Below, piece after piece: positions 41,401 through 51,287 of a stretch of DNA of 64,000 nt; the first letter of the stretch is position 1; every line of letters starts with the position of its first letter. The notes under the pieces are model-generated. The model saw only the letters and a list, made by a program, of their open reading frames with translations, was not told the DNA's origin and searched no databases. The stretch lies in IMG/VR virus record IMGVR_UViG_3300028591_000094, positions 96,001 through 160,000 of that record, one strand, 5' to 3'. This DNA is from a virus (taxonomy: Duplodnaviria > Caudoviricetes). The position numbers and the translations under genes are program-made.

Positions 41401-41430
41401 AAAAAAAGCGATACATTTCTGCACCGCTTT
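41401..41430 (-). terminator. Rho-independent terminator
   Basis: Minus strand aaagcggtgcagaaatgtatcgcttttttt. Confidence 0.72.
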
Positions 41431-41455
41431 GAAAAAAAAGAAAGGAGGTTTTGTT

Positions 41456-42343
41456 TTAGTTTACAAAATAGTCTTTCAGTGAACGATTAGCTTCGTTTAA
41501 TGAATCCTCGTAGCTCTTGTCAACCAATCTGTCATTGACATTGTCGATGTCCGACTTCTTGATTTGGTACTGTGGTGCATCGTTGTTTGCTGTTATATTG
41601 TAGTGGTTGTTGATATCCTTGAATTTATCCCAGAATTCCTCAGGTTTCTGGTCAAAAGGATTGCCGCCAGCATACAGACGTACATTCATCGTTTCTTCCT
41701 CGGTAGGATTGCGCTTAGCTATTTCACGTTTCAGCTCTCCAATTTTGGCGTCGTTTACATCCAATGCCTGGTTGAATTTGTCAATAACCTGCATAAGGTT
41801 GTCAAACTTTGAATTGATATCATCCAAGGTGGCTTGCTGTTCCTCTTGAGCATTCTGCATGCTTTCCTGTGCATCGGTTAACGCGGTTATGTCAACTACA
41901 TTGTCGTTCGGACCTGGCTGAGCACCACCCATGGCATTAGGGTCGCCCATAGCATTTGGGTCACCACCCATTGCCATTTCAGGTGTTGGTTGACCACCGA
42001 TAGCGTTCGGGTCGCCCATGGCGTTAGGGTCGGCACCAGCTGCATTCGGGTCACCGCTAGCTGCATTCGGGTCACCGCCCATCATATTTGGGTACCCACC
42101 CATCATTCCAGGGTCGCCGCCTGCAGGAGTACCACCCATTGCATTGGGGTCACCACCCATGGCGTTAGGGTCGCTACCCATGGCGTTAGGGTTGGCACCA
42201 GCTGCATTAGGGTCGACACCAGGAGCTGGGGCGCCGCCAGCCTCACCAGCCTCATTATTTCCATCATAGAATGAGTATTCAAACAAATGCTGCATTCTCT
42301 GTCTGGTTTCCTGGAGAAGTTTTTCTTGCTGTATCTTATCCAT
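41456..42343 (-). CDS. Putative prohead scaffold/core-like protein with GGDPNAM repeats and coiled coil
   Basis: 295-aa ORF; low-complexity tract then heptad-like helix; late operon. Confidence 0.65.
   Translation of the reverse strand: MDKIQQEKLLQETRQRMQHLFEYSFYDGNNEAGEAGGAPAPGVDPNAAGANPNAMGSDPNAMGGDPNAMGGTPAGGDPGMMGGYPNMMGGDPNAASGDPNAAGADPNAMGDPNAIGGQPTPEMAMGGDPNAMGDPNAMGGAQPGPNDNVVDITALTDAQESMQNAQEEQQATLDDINSKFDNLMQVIDKFNQALDVNDAKIGELKREIAKRNPTEEETMNVRLYAGGNPFDQKPEEFWDKFKDINNHYNITANNDAPQYQIKKSDIDNVNDRLVDKSYEDSLNEANRSLKDYFVN
41926..42222 (-). repeat. Degenerate 18/21-nt coding tandem repeat (G)GDPNAM
   Basis: Recurring catggcgttagggtc / tgcattcgggtcaccg units, about a dozen copies. Confidence 0.9.
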
Positions 42344-42347
42344 TTTC

Positions 42348-42506
42348 TTAGTCGGTAAGCATTACTTTATTATCCTCAGTAATCAGAATCGTGCTATTAC
42401 TGGTGCGTTCGAACAGACCGTTATCTTTCTTCATAACCTTAACTTTCTTTTCGGGAAGTTTCTGTCCGTCAAGAATATTGTTAACTCTAGTAGCTTTGTT
42501 GTCCAT
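42348..42506 (-). CDS. 52-aa small protein missed by the ORF track
   Basis: MDNKATRVNNILDGQKLPEKKVKVMKKDNGLFERTSNSTILITEDNKVMLTD*; fills the gap with 4-nt spacers on both sides. Confidence 0.75.
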   Translation of the reverse strand: MDNKATRVNNILDGQKLPEKKVKVMKKDNGLFERTSNSTILITEDNKVMLTD

Positions 42507-42510
42507 TGTA

Positions 42511-42795
42511 TTATTGATTTTCTTCGTTATTATCGATTTGTTTGAGTTCCGACTTCGGGGTCATGATGTCCTCTGGCTCGGATATAACTGGTTTTTTTGA
42601 ACCTCTTTTCTTCTTCTCGGGAGCTGGTTCGTCTATCTTGGTCATTGAACCTTTGGATATTGTGCTCGCATCAATAGCGGCAACAGTTTTTGGTGTTGCC
42701 TTATCTTCGCGCTTGGTGGCACGCTGATGTACTCGACGATTGCGAGTATGCTTTTCGATAATTTCTCGCTTGGTTACTCTCTTTTTCTTCAACAT
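42511..42795 (-). CDS. Small basic protein
   Basis: 94 aa, K/R-rich; ATATTTAT at 42816-42823. Confidence 0.72.
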   Translation of the reverse strand: MLKKKRVTKREIIEKHTRNRRVHQRATKREDKATPKTVAAIDASTISKGSMTKIDEPAPEKKKRGSKKPVISEPEDIMTPKSELKQIDNNEENQ

Positions 42796-42825
42796 ATATA
42801 TCTAATTCTTTAATAATAAATATCA

Positions 42826-43425
42826 TTATCTTTGAAAATATTCATATAACGGTAATATATAGTGTGTATTTCCACCAATAACCTTCCTAATGTCGCCATC
42901 AATAAACGACGTGTCGTGAATGAATTCCCCGTTTTTGACAAGTCTGATGACTTTGTTTCTGTAAATACCAAGATACTCACACAGTGTCAGTGAAATACCG
43001 AATATTGTCTCATACTGTTTACTATAAATAAACATGAAGTTTTTGTTCCTTGTCAGGAAAACCACCTTGTGTGTTGAGCCTTTAGCAAAACTAATCATTT
43101 TTTTGATGGAATTCAAACGGAAATTAACCAAATCGACATATACATACTTGATTTTGTTCATTCTAGACAGGATTGTGAATTTGAAGAACTCCATTATGTC
43201 GTCCTCGTATTCACATCGCCGCTCGGTCTTGGAAAATGTCCACCATATGTTATCATATCTCTTAGTGAGGATGTTGACCTGTGGGATGTACTTCTTCGCA
43301 TTCTCCCAACCAATAATCAACGTTGGCACCCCTTGGATTATATCATCATAGGAGTTAACCACATTGAAAATCTCGCTAAATGTATTCTGTTTACTACTGG
43401 TTACTATATTACCTAGTTTTTCCAC
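42826..43425 (-). CDS. Hypothetical protein
   Basis: 199-aa ORF; GTG start 3 nt after CGTATATTAGT (43429-43439). Confidence 0.75.
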   Translation of the reverse strand: MEKLGNIVTSSKQNTFSEIFNVVNSYDDIIQGVPTLIIGWENAKKYIPQVNILTKRYDNIWWTFSKTERRCEYEDDIMEFFKFTILSRMNKIKYVYVDLVNFRLNSIKKMISFAKGSTHKVVFLTRNKNFMFIYSKQYETIFGISLTLCEYLGIYRNKVIRLVKNGEFIHDTSFIDGDIRKVIGGNTHYILPLYEYFQR

Positions 43426-43446
43426 ATTACTAATATACGAAAATTC

Positions 43447-46400
43447 TTAGAAACATAGAACATTCGACCAGGTAAAATTAGATTGTGGTTTTCCGAGTTT
43501 CCAATAATATGTATTACTCTTGATTTTCTTATTGCTACCGTTCACTGTTGTTCCTGCAGGCACCTTACACCAACCATACTCCCAATTTCCTGACGAACTA
43601 AGATAGATTGCGTTCTTGACGTTTAATTCCAACATTTTTGTCTGCAAGTCAACCAACCTCATTGCATTGTCACAGACAATTAGTGCTAATTTACCGTTTT
43701 TCAACTCTGCAAGTGCTCGGCAATGGTGTTGTTCTGCCATGTTGGTAAAAACTTTAGGTGTTTTACACTCTCTCCCGTTTTCTATAAGCATATAGCCCTG
43801 AAATGCACAGGTAATTCTATCGGACTGGTATTGACCTGGATTGATTGTTAACTCCGTTGGTAAACCTGAACAAGTGTGTTTTATATCATTTATATAAGAA
43901 AGGTTATTGTTATAGAAACAAAACGACCCATCATTATTATATATGAAACCGCCTCCACCACTATATTTAAACAATTGACCAATACTTCCTTCTGTTACGA
44001 ACATACCCTTTGGTTCAAACTGAGAATTACCTAAATTCTGACTCTGTGCAGCCTGTGTAACAGCCTTGTATTCTGAATTAGCTCCAGGAAACTGTGGTTG
44101 GTTGAAACTCTTTATTTTCAAATGCAACGGGCTTGTTATCTCTTGGACAAACAAGTCGTTGGTTTGATTACTCGGCGGAGTTATAGCACCACTGGCTGGG
44201 ACATCACTGGTTATCGCCAGGGTATTCGTGGTTGTTTCGGTTTTGTGCTCAACCTGTTCTATCTTAACAGCTGTGCACATAGCATGGTGGGTGTACACGT
44301 CGGTACCCTCGCCCATCATGCTTGTCTCAATCATTGTTACCTGGACTTTATTGTTTGGTACAGTACATGTGGTACTCTTGTCAGCCTCATTGTCTCCGCC
44401 CTCGGCAACATAATGGTGACCGTCGTGCATACCTAGATAGATAGCTACGTGCATGTGTTTGCCTTCAATGTTGCCGTTATGATATCCGAATAAAATATCA
44501 CCCACTTTTGGATGAGTGCTGGTTGCCGACAGGGAAGCCCAGTTGTTACTCTTGCGCGGACGTTTCTTAAACATAATCATATTCCATTTACCCGAGCTGT
44601 CTAACTCGGTGAACATGTTTGTTCCGTTTTCATATGCTAAATTATGATTTATGTCAACATTGAACGCCTTTTTATAAACTTCCCTTACGAATACATCACA
44701 TAGCATTGGCTGCCCAATATAACTATTGATTACTTCGGATAGTTTGTTGTCCATAATATCCAGTTCGTTACCATCGGTTGTCCGTATAGTTTCGCCGTTA
44801 CGAGCAGTATCTTGGTCTGAGTTTACAGTCTGATTCGTACCATCACTTTCTTTGTTGATGGTGGCAAACCACGATGTGGCGAATGGTTTCTGTACTTTGG
44901 ACATCTTCATCCCAGTAAAGGTTGTAGTCATGTTGCCAACAGATATGTTGTGTTCAACCTTTATAATCATGTAAGTACCCCTGAACATTGGCACGTTCAT
45001 CAACTGGAAGTACATAAGTGGCTGTATCTGCATATTACCCATCATCTCAATGGTGACTATGTATGAATACGCTTGATATATTGAGTATATGTCCTGACCG
45101 TAGAATACAAGTTTCTTTTTACTGCTGTTGCCGAGTTCGGCTATCTGAGCGAGCGCCCTTGCCGACTGTTCGGTCACTTGGTGGGTATCCATGCCGACTC
45201 TGATATTTTTCCATAAAGCGTTATCCTGCCTTGAATATGCCACACCGAAAGCTGGTACCTTGAACCCCATACGGCTGTCGTTTCTGAAACGTTTCTTTTT
45301 TCCTACGTTTGCGTTTGGGTTGTAGTTGAATATACTAGGCGCCACCTTGGTACCTTCATCATAAGACCAAATATCAAATGTGTCTGGTACAAATCTGTTT
45401 CTGTCTTCAGTTGACAGCGATTTAGCCGAATGCGTATAGACAACGACAAATTTGTTCATGATTTGTGGTTCGCCAACTTGATTCGACGGTATCGGTACGA
45501 ACATATTTCGGAGGCTTCTCCACATTTCTCCCTCATCATCTGAACAGAAGTTGGCAAAGTCTGGGAAGTTAAACATTGCACAACGGTGGTGACTGGCAAT
45601 ATTACCTAAATGAGTTACAACATTATGACCGCTTTTTCTGTCATCTAATACATTACCTTCATATTGTTCAAGGAGGAGTCGGCAATTCAGCCTCAACTGT
45701 CCTGCGATGTTGTTGTAGAATGTATCGATGAATAGAAAGTTATTGAAAAAATTACCAACCGTGAAAAAAGCGTTATCTGATGCATTTTTACTGTTGTAAA
45801 ATCCGCAGAACCATCTATCCCACAAATTTTTTAACAATGCGTATATCTCACATTTGAAATCATATTCATTACTTGACGTTTCCTCTTCAATCTTGGAAAT
45901 GCGTCCACTTACTTCGGGGTCTTGTTTGATATAATAATTCAAGGTATTACAGAATCCGTCCAAGTAACTCTTGTAGTTAGCTTGGTATATGCTACCGTCG
46001 TTTGGAGTGAACTTCTGATTCATACCCGTAGTTTGAACCAGAACTGGCTGTGAAAATGCTACATTATAAAGAAACATTCCACCTACCGTGTTGTCTTTGT
46101 CTTCAACATAATAGAGGGATAAGGCATTGTCTTCAATAAATCCCATCGAATAATTGTAAGCGAAACCCGATATCGACACCATATTATTCGAACCTAAGTC
46201 TATCTCCTTTGTCCCAAGCAGATATTCGAACGTCAATTTCAGGTTGTTTTTTACCCCCGACTGAGTCAAGGTCTGCATGATGCCACCGAGTTTTTTATAG
46301 TCCATCTTGTACTCAACGGTCGATGTCGGGGCGTTACCTATGTATGTCACTTCGCCGTTATTTTGTGAAGTACTACCGTTTTGAGTGGTAACCTTGTATT

Positions 46401-47637
46401 TTAGTTCAATTCCCTCGAGATATTTTGCATAAGTATGAACGAAATCCAAAAACTTATCAACAAGCATGTTGGCTGTATATTCATCCATCTCTTTGTTAAC
46501 AAACTTCTCATATTGAACATTATATACATTGGCACTTCCCTTGGCGTATGCTAACTTATAATATTCCCCGTCCTGGCGGAATAATGGGTCGTATGGATAT
46601 TCAGGCTTGCTATATAACTGATGATATGTTTCCACACCATTCTCCACTGTTGTATATCCATATTCAACAGGGTCTGTGTTGTTGTGCGACTCACTCCATC
46701 TCTTTCTCCAAATCAATCCGCCTAACAATAACACATAGCCACGCGGTACCAGTTCTACACCACCATGCTTTGCATTTTTGTTGTTGAAAAACCCTCTTTC
46801 CAGTACATTATCGTAGCTGAATGGTATTGAATGCAAGAACAAGAGACATTTAACACACTGGCGCTTTGTCACTGCATCCGTATTGATATCGTCCTGTTGA
46901 TTATATATGTATCCATTCTGTAAATAGTAGAACGGGTCGGCTAATAGAGTTCTCTCATTCAGTTTATTGTTTTGAAATGCATATATTATGTTTTGGTGTG
47001 CATGTACAAACTTTGCTAACTCATCGCGTTCAGATTTGTGTGGACTGATATATCTGGTTTGTTTGAGAGCTGAGTCGGTTGCCAATCCAACGTTCGAGCT
47101 AGCGACGCTACAGCCAACACCTTCCGTACCAGCACGTTTAACTCTTTGACCGTGTAAAAACTGTTGATAGTTTGGCGAATTAACCAGCCAGGGAAATTCA
47201 TTGATTAGTCCCGTATCTCTTAACCATTCTTCCACATTGAACGACGGACAAGCTTTGGCTGCAAATTCATAGTGTCCGTGAACTGTCATCTGGGTGTTTT
47301 CAACATCCCTGTAGTGGATAAGTTGACTACGAACAAACTGATATAATGTATTATTCTGTTGATATGTTCTAGTGTCTTTTGCTTTCGTACTGTTAGCTTC
47401 ACATCCACCAATGTAGCATACACCTATTGACCGTGCGTTATAGTTAGCAGTGTGGGCTCCGCCGTTAGCAAGTGGACGGCCTTCATGTAAAGAACCGTCA
47501 CGGTAAATAACATAGTTGTAACCAATATCCGTCCAATGGCGCTCGTTGATGTGCCAATTTCTTATTTGTTCAACTGTTACATCCTGTCCTTCGTGTGTCG
47601 CTGAACAGTGTATTATGAGCATATCCTTCTTAGCCAT
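43447..47637 (-). CDS. Multidomain tail lysin / hub C-half: Amidase_2 + hub-like + NlpC/P60 (CHAP-like) + phosphodiester-glycosidase-like
   Basis: IIHCSAT...DIGYNY...GAH...SIGVCYIGG...HGHYEFAAKACPSF; YMIIKVEHNI..NMTTTFTG; LCDVFV...GDILF...HVAIY...AE; RALAELKNGKLALIV...NAIYL. Confidence 0.8.
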   Translation of the reverse strand: MAKKDMLIIHCSATHEGQDVTVEQIRNWHINERHWTDIGYNYVIYRDGSLHEGRPLANGGAHTANYNARSIGVCYIGGCEANSTKAKDTRTYQQNNTLYQFVRSQLIHYRDVENTQMTVHGHYEFAAKACPSFNVEEWLRDTGLINEFPWLVNSPNYQQFLHGQRVKRAGTEGVGCSVASSNVGLATDSALKQTRYISPHKSERDELAKFVHAHQNIIYAFQNNKLNERTLLADPFYYLQNGYIYNQQDDINTDAVTKRQCVKCLLFLHSIPFSYDNVLERGFFNNKNAKHGGVELVPRGYVLLLGGLIWRKRWSESHNNTDPVEYGYTTVENGVETYHQLYSKPEYPYDPLFRQDGEYYKLAYAKGSANVYNVQYEKFVNKEMDEYTANMLVDKFLDFVHTYAKYLEGIELKYKVTTQNGSTSQNNGEVTYIGNAPTSTVEYKMDYKKLGGIMQTLTQSGVKNNLKLTFEYLLGTKEIDLGSNNMVSISGFAYNYSMGFIEDNALSLYYVEDKDNTVGGMFLYNVAFSQPVLVQTTGMNQKFTPNDGSIYQANYKSYLDGFCNTLNYYIKQDPEVSGRISKIEEETSSNEYDFKCEIYALLKNLWDRWFCGFYNSKNASDNAFFTVGNFFNNFLFIDTFYNNIAGQLRLNCRLLLEQYEGNVLDDRKSGHNVVTHLGNIASHHRCAMFNFPDFANFCSDDEGEMWRSLRNMFVPIPSNQVGEPQIMNKFVVVYTHSAKSLSTEDRNRFVPDTFDIWSYDEGTKVAPSIFNYNPNANVGKKKRFRNDSRMGFKVPAFGVAYSRQDNALWKNIRVGMDTHQVTEQSARALAQIAELGNSSKKKLVFYGQDIYSIYQAYSYIVTIEMMGNMQIQPLMYFQLMNVPMFRGTYMIIKVEHNISVGNMTTTFTGMKMSKVQKPFATSWFATINKESDGTNQTVNSDQDTARNGETIRTTDGNELDIMDNKLSEVINSYIGQPMLCDVFVREVYKKAFNVDINHNLAYENGTNMFTELDSSGKWNMIMFKKRPRKSNNWASLSATSTHPKVGDILFGYHNGNIEGKHMHVAIYLGMHDGHHYVAEGGDNEADKSTTCTVPNNKVQVTMIETSMMGEGTDVYTHHAMCTAVKIEQVEHKTETTTNTLAITSDVPASGAITPPSNQTNDLFVQEITSPLHLKIKSFNQPQFPGANSEYKAVTQAAQSQNLGNSQFEPKGMFVTEGSIGQLFKYSGGGGFIYNNDGSFCFYNNNLSYINDIKHTCSGLPTELTINPGQYQSDRITCAFQGYMLIENGRECKTPKVFTNMAEQHHCRALAELKNGKLALIVCDNAMRLVDLQTKMLELNVKNAIYLSSSGNWEYGWCKVPAGTTVNGSNKKIKSNTYYWKLGKPQSNFTWSNVLCF

Positions 47638-47642
47638 GTTAG

Positions 47643-47834
47643 TTACTGTTGTGGGTTATTAGGAAAATCTGGCAAATATTTATCCAACTTATCATCTGTT
47701 GGCATATAATCACGAAAATTGGAAATGTATGTAGTAACTGTGTAAGCATTGTCTTTATTGTCGACTGAATACGCAGTTTTCTTTTTATCCTCACTCGGGT
47801 CGGTCACTGTTAATGATATGCCTGATTTTCCCAT
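47643..47834 (-). CDS. 63-aa hypothetical protein between the hub halves
   Basis: ORF spaced 1 nt and 5 nt from its neighbours. Confidence 0.55.
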   Translation of the reverse strand: MGKSGISLTVTDPSEDKKKTAYSVDNKDNAYTVTTYISNFRDYMPTDDKLDKYLPDFPNNPQQ

Positions 47835-47835
47835 A

Positions 47836-50800
47836 TTATAGTTTTACTTTGTTTTTAAAATTCTTTATGAAAGCCTTTGTCTTCTCTGCGGTTGTTATAT
47901 TGCAAACGCCGTCGGGTATCGCTGCACCGCGACATATTTTGGATTCGCTGTCGGATGCAAGACTTTCTTGGTATGGTTTATAATTGTTTTTGTTGTTGTT
48001 TTTGTAGAAGCTAAGGCAATGGGAGTCAATTAGCCAATAGTCGTCAATCAATCCCTTGATTTTATCGCCAGTCATTGTTCCAACTGGTATATCTCCATTG
48101 GTTATCTTGTCATATTGTTCAAAAATGGAACTCTCCATGAATTGGTTGCTATCCATCGTCCCATTATCATTTGCACCATCTACATCAAACATCTGTGTGT
48201 TGAGATATTCCTGGACTTCATCACTAGTGTTATCATTATCCCGCAAGAAATCCTCAGTCTTTTGAGTAAATATGTAAGCTGAGTCGTTAACATCTTTAAC
48301 CTTAAAATTATTGTCAACCCATTCGTAGTCATTCTTCACCGAATCGGAATTGAAATCAACATACTCGTTCATCGGCACGATACCGCCTTTATTCTGGGTA
48401 TACATGTATACGTAGTCCAGTTTATCACTACCGTTTTCTTTAAATACTGGCTGTCTGTCATTTGTTACTTTAGCAAACTCAAACGAATATGTATCGCTAC
48501 GCCCAGTGTTCTGTAGAGTAACGACGTTTAACAGTTCACTTGCCAAGTCTTTACCCTCACTGGCAACCTTGTTCAATTGTACCAGTTTATTCATTGATGG
48601 TGCCTGATTTACCAAATTGTAGGCATCCATTGCACCGAACTTGGCGGCAACATCATCAGTTACCTGTTCTCCATGGTGCAACTGATTAAATATAGCCTCC
48701 GCTCTGAGCGCTGTGTATAATGCCATATTCTCCTTAGAAGAATAAACATATGATGGAATATTTCGTCTTAAATCGCGCGGAAGCAGTGAAAAGTGAGCAA
48801 TTTCATCATTGCCTTGGTGATTAAGTTTTTCATTTCCATCCCTCTTGGATAGTAGAATATCCTGCAAGGCTAAAAACAGTTCGTCAACCAATACCTTTTC
48901 CTGCCACTCGGTTGGTCCGATAAAATTGCCAACCCACCCGTCGAACTTAGTATCTTTTGTCTCAACCATCTGTCGCTGTTCGATTTCTTCTGCAGTTCCC
49001 GTGTATTTCCGATAAACAGCAGGAAACGGCGGAACCTGTTTGGTTGTGTATGACGGCACGTCGGTTTCAGTATCCAAGTTATATATTCCCAGTTTTGCTG
49101 GTTTGCGTAAACCGTTGTCTATCTCCTGGTAAATGGCGTCCGCGGTTTGGTTGCATAAAGCTACAAAAGTTTCAAGGTGACACATTACAATCTTGAAATA
49201 CCCTCCGATATAAGGTGTGAAACCTACAATATCCTTGATAGTTTTATGTTTCGTATTTCGTAATGTTTCAGTATATTCCTTTCGCTTAATTTTCAAATCT
49301 GTCAACACTTCGCCGACCTTGGATGTAATTCCATGGAAATCAATGACGGCGGCATATCTTGCATAATTTGAACCGCGTTGCGACCACTCCCATGTTGAAT
49401 AATTCTTATATATCTGTTCCGAAAGAGCGGCAGGTATTGACATTTCCTCATTTTGACTGTCGTTATAGTATTTAACCTTAACATTCAAACACGAGGTTTT
49501 GTCTTGTATTATATTGCCGCTCGTTTTATTGGACTCTCCGTCAAGAGCAGTCAAAACATTGATACCAATATCCTCGTTGTTATTTTTATATTCAGTAAAA
49601 CTGCTTATACTAACCGTACCTGGTTGCCATTCACTCCATTCGCCAGTATTTCTACAATTGGGTATCAATTTCGATGTGATTTCCAGCTCTGGGTGTTTGT
49701 ATTCAAAATCTTCGATAGCATTGCCTAGGGCGTTGTATGTTGAAGTAATCTCGTTGTTGATTGTAATTGTTTTGGATTGCGAATGTATCATCATCACCTC
49801 AGTGTCCGCTGTAACGGCTGATGTGATATATTCTATACCGTAGGCGTTCTGGATAGCAGTTTTCAATGTGTTGATGTAGCTGTTGATAAGGGTTAAATCT
49901 TCCTCGACCTGGTCGTAGTCGTTTATGGACGTTGAAATAGCTTCATCTAACAATATTTCCGACTCGTCACTATCACCTATCTCTTCGATAGCCGCTTTCA
50001 CATTTTTATAAAACTCATACAGTTTGAAAGGGGGTTCAATTCGAGTGTCCTCATCATAGGTTATCATCCAGCCATTTGAATTGTTGGCTTCCGCTATTCT
50101 CACCTGTTCGTCCCAATAGGCACTTCCTCTTTTTGTTAATGGGGCTGCTACTATATAATCGAACGGAATATCACCCAACACCCCATACTCATAACCAATA
50201 AATTGAACTGTTATCTCAAAATTACCAGTACCTGAATTAAATGTACCTATAAAATTCGAACACGTAAGCTGATATGTAACATCCTTCCCGTAAAAACCTT
50301 TCACCTGGAGTTTGAACCGAGGATAAGGAAAGGTAACGAAACCGCCAAAGATATTGTCCATTATTTTTCCATCTTTGTCGAGCTCCAAATCTTTCAGATT
50401 GCCGTATTCGTTGTGTGTAGCTTCCTCTCTCCCAAAGAATCCCGCTCCGCGAATGTCGATAAACTTGATTGTCACATGTGGACAGGTATAGTTTGCCATT
50501 GAAATGGAAATGCTTTCAATCTGCAAACCTTCAACAAAATTCCGTTTCTTTACTTCGTTGAAATCAATATTTGTATAATCAGTTGTGAGATAGTTGTAAT
50601 TGTCAACATCCTCGCCCTGGAGAAATGAAACATATTCGTTTCCCTTACTAGCTTTCATCAAGTCGTAGCCAATGGCTATTTTGTCATCCCTGTCGGTACC
50701 GCCCGCCTGGTTTTTGAGACGCGACGGTCTTTCCACTATCAGATTACACCAGATGCTATAATCGGTATAGTCTGGTGTCATCGGTACACCGTTAATGTGC

Positions 50801-50868
50801 CCGTGAACATCGTTCGGGTCGATATAGACAATTCTGTTGTTTTTTACTGTGTTCTCTATTTTTGACAT
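47836..50868 (-). CDS. Baseplate hub protein, N-terminal half (gp27-like, tentative)
   Basis: LQIESISI...PHVTIKFIDIRG...YPRFKLQVKGFYG; follows the gp53/LysM gene. Confidence 0.6.
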   Translation of the reverse strand: MSKIENTVKNNRIVYIDPNDVHGHINGVPMTPDYTDYSIWCNLIVERPSRLKNQAGGTDRDDKIAIGYDLMKASKGNEYVSFLQGEDVDNYNYLTTDYTNIDFNEVKKRNFVEGLQIESISISMANYTCPHVTIKFIDIRGAGFFGREEATHNEYGNLKDLELDKDGKIMDNIFGGFVTFPYPRFKLQVKGFYGKDVTYQLTCSNFIGTFNSGTGNFEITVQFIGYEYGVLGDIPFDYIVAAPLTKRGSAYWDEQVRIAEANNSNGWMITYDEDTRIEPPFKLYEFYKNVKAAIEEIGDSDESEILLDEAISTSINDYDQVEEDLTLINSYINTLKTAIQNAYGIEYITSAVTADTEVMMIHSQSKTITINNEITSTYNALGNAIEDFEYKHPELEITSKLIPNCRNTGEWSEWQPGTVSISSFTEYKNNNEDIGINVLTALDGESNKTSGNIIQDKTSCLNVKVKYYNDSQNEEMSIPAALSEQIYKNYSTWEWSQRGSNYARYAAVIDFHGITSKVGEVLTDLKIKRKEYTETLRNTKHKTIKDIVGFTPYIGGYFKIVMCHLETFVALCNQTADAIYQEIDNGLRKPAKLGIYNLDTETDVPSYTTKQVPPFPAVYRKYTGTAEEIEQRQMVETKDTKFDGWVGNFIGPTEWQEKVLVDELFLALQDILLSKRDGNEKLNHQGNDEIAHFSLLPRDLRRNIPSYVYSSKENMALYTALRAEAIFNQLHHGEQVTDDVAAKFGAMDAYNLVNQAPSMNKLVQLNKVASEGKDLASELLNVVTLQNTGRSDTYSFEFAKVTNDRQPVFKENGSDKLDYVYMYTQNKGGIVPMNEYVDFNSDSVKNDYEWVDNNFKVKDVNDSAYIFTQKTEDFLRDNDNTSDEVQEYLNTQMFDVDGANDNGTMDSNQFMESSIFEQYDKITNGDIPVGTMTGDKIKGLIDDYWLIDSHCLSFYKNNNKNNYKPYQESLASDSESKICRGAAIPDGVCNITTAEKTKAFIKNFKNKVKL

Positions 50869-50871
50869 CTA

Positions 50872-51207
50872 CTATTCCAGTTCATCAATGTTATGTTCAT
50901 TAATCCATTGGTTTGCGGCGCTTTCATATCTGTTTATCGCATCGTCTAGCGGATACGGTATTCGTATTGTAATGTTGTCGTTGATACTAAACTCATAGGC
51001 ACCCAGTCCAGGGTTTGCCTGCAATATCAACCAACCATAGTTCGGGTCGCCGTAATATTTATACGACAGACTATCGAATCTCATCTTGTCTTTCTTAAAC
51101 GTAATATATAAGTCTGACCCTGACGGTTTAATTTTTATAAAAGGCACTTTTGACCAGACTTGACCATCGGTTCTGAATTTTTCATATCTATTGTAATAAT
51201 CAGCCAT
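50872..51207 (-). CDS. Baseplate LysM-like protein (gp53/P2 gpX-like)
   Basis: RFDSLSYKYYGDPNYGWLILQANP...IRIP. Confidence 0.82.
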   Translation of the reverse strand: MADYYNRYEKFRTDGQVWSKVPFIKIKPSGSDLYITFKKDKMRFDSLSYKYYGDPNYGWLILQANPGLGAYEFSINDNITIRIPYPLDDAINRYESAANQWINEHNIDELE

Positions 51208-51244
51208 ATTAACACTTATATAATATAATATAAATATTTAAGAC

Positions 51245-51278
51245 AAAAAAACAAGGGGATTCGACTATCAAATCCCCT
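51245..51278 (-). terminator. Rho-independent terminator
   Basis: aggggatt...aatcccct with T-rich tail on the minus strand. Confidence 0.72.
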
Positions 51279-51287
51279 CATTTTCTT

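Noticed and set aside
41926-42222. CRISPR array
   Set aside because: Repeats are contiguous, degenerate at third positions and in frame; there are no unique spacers.
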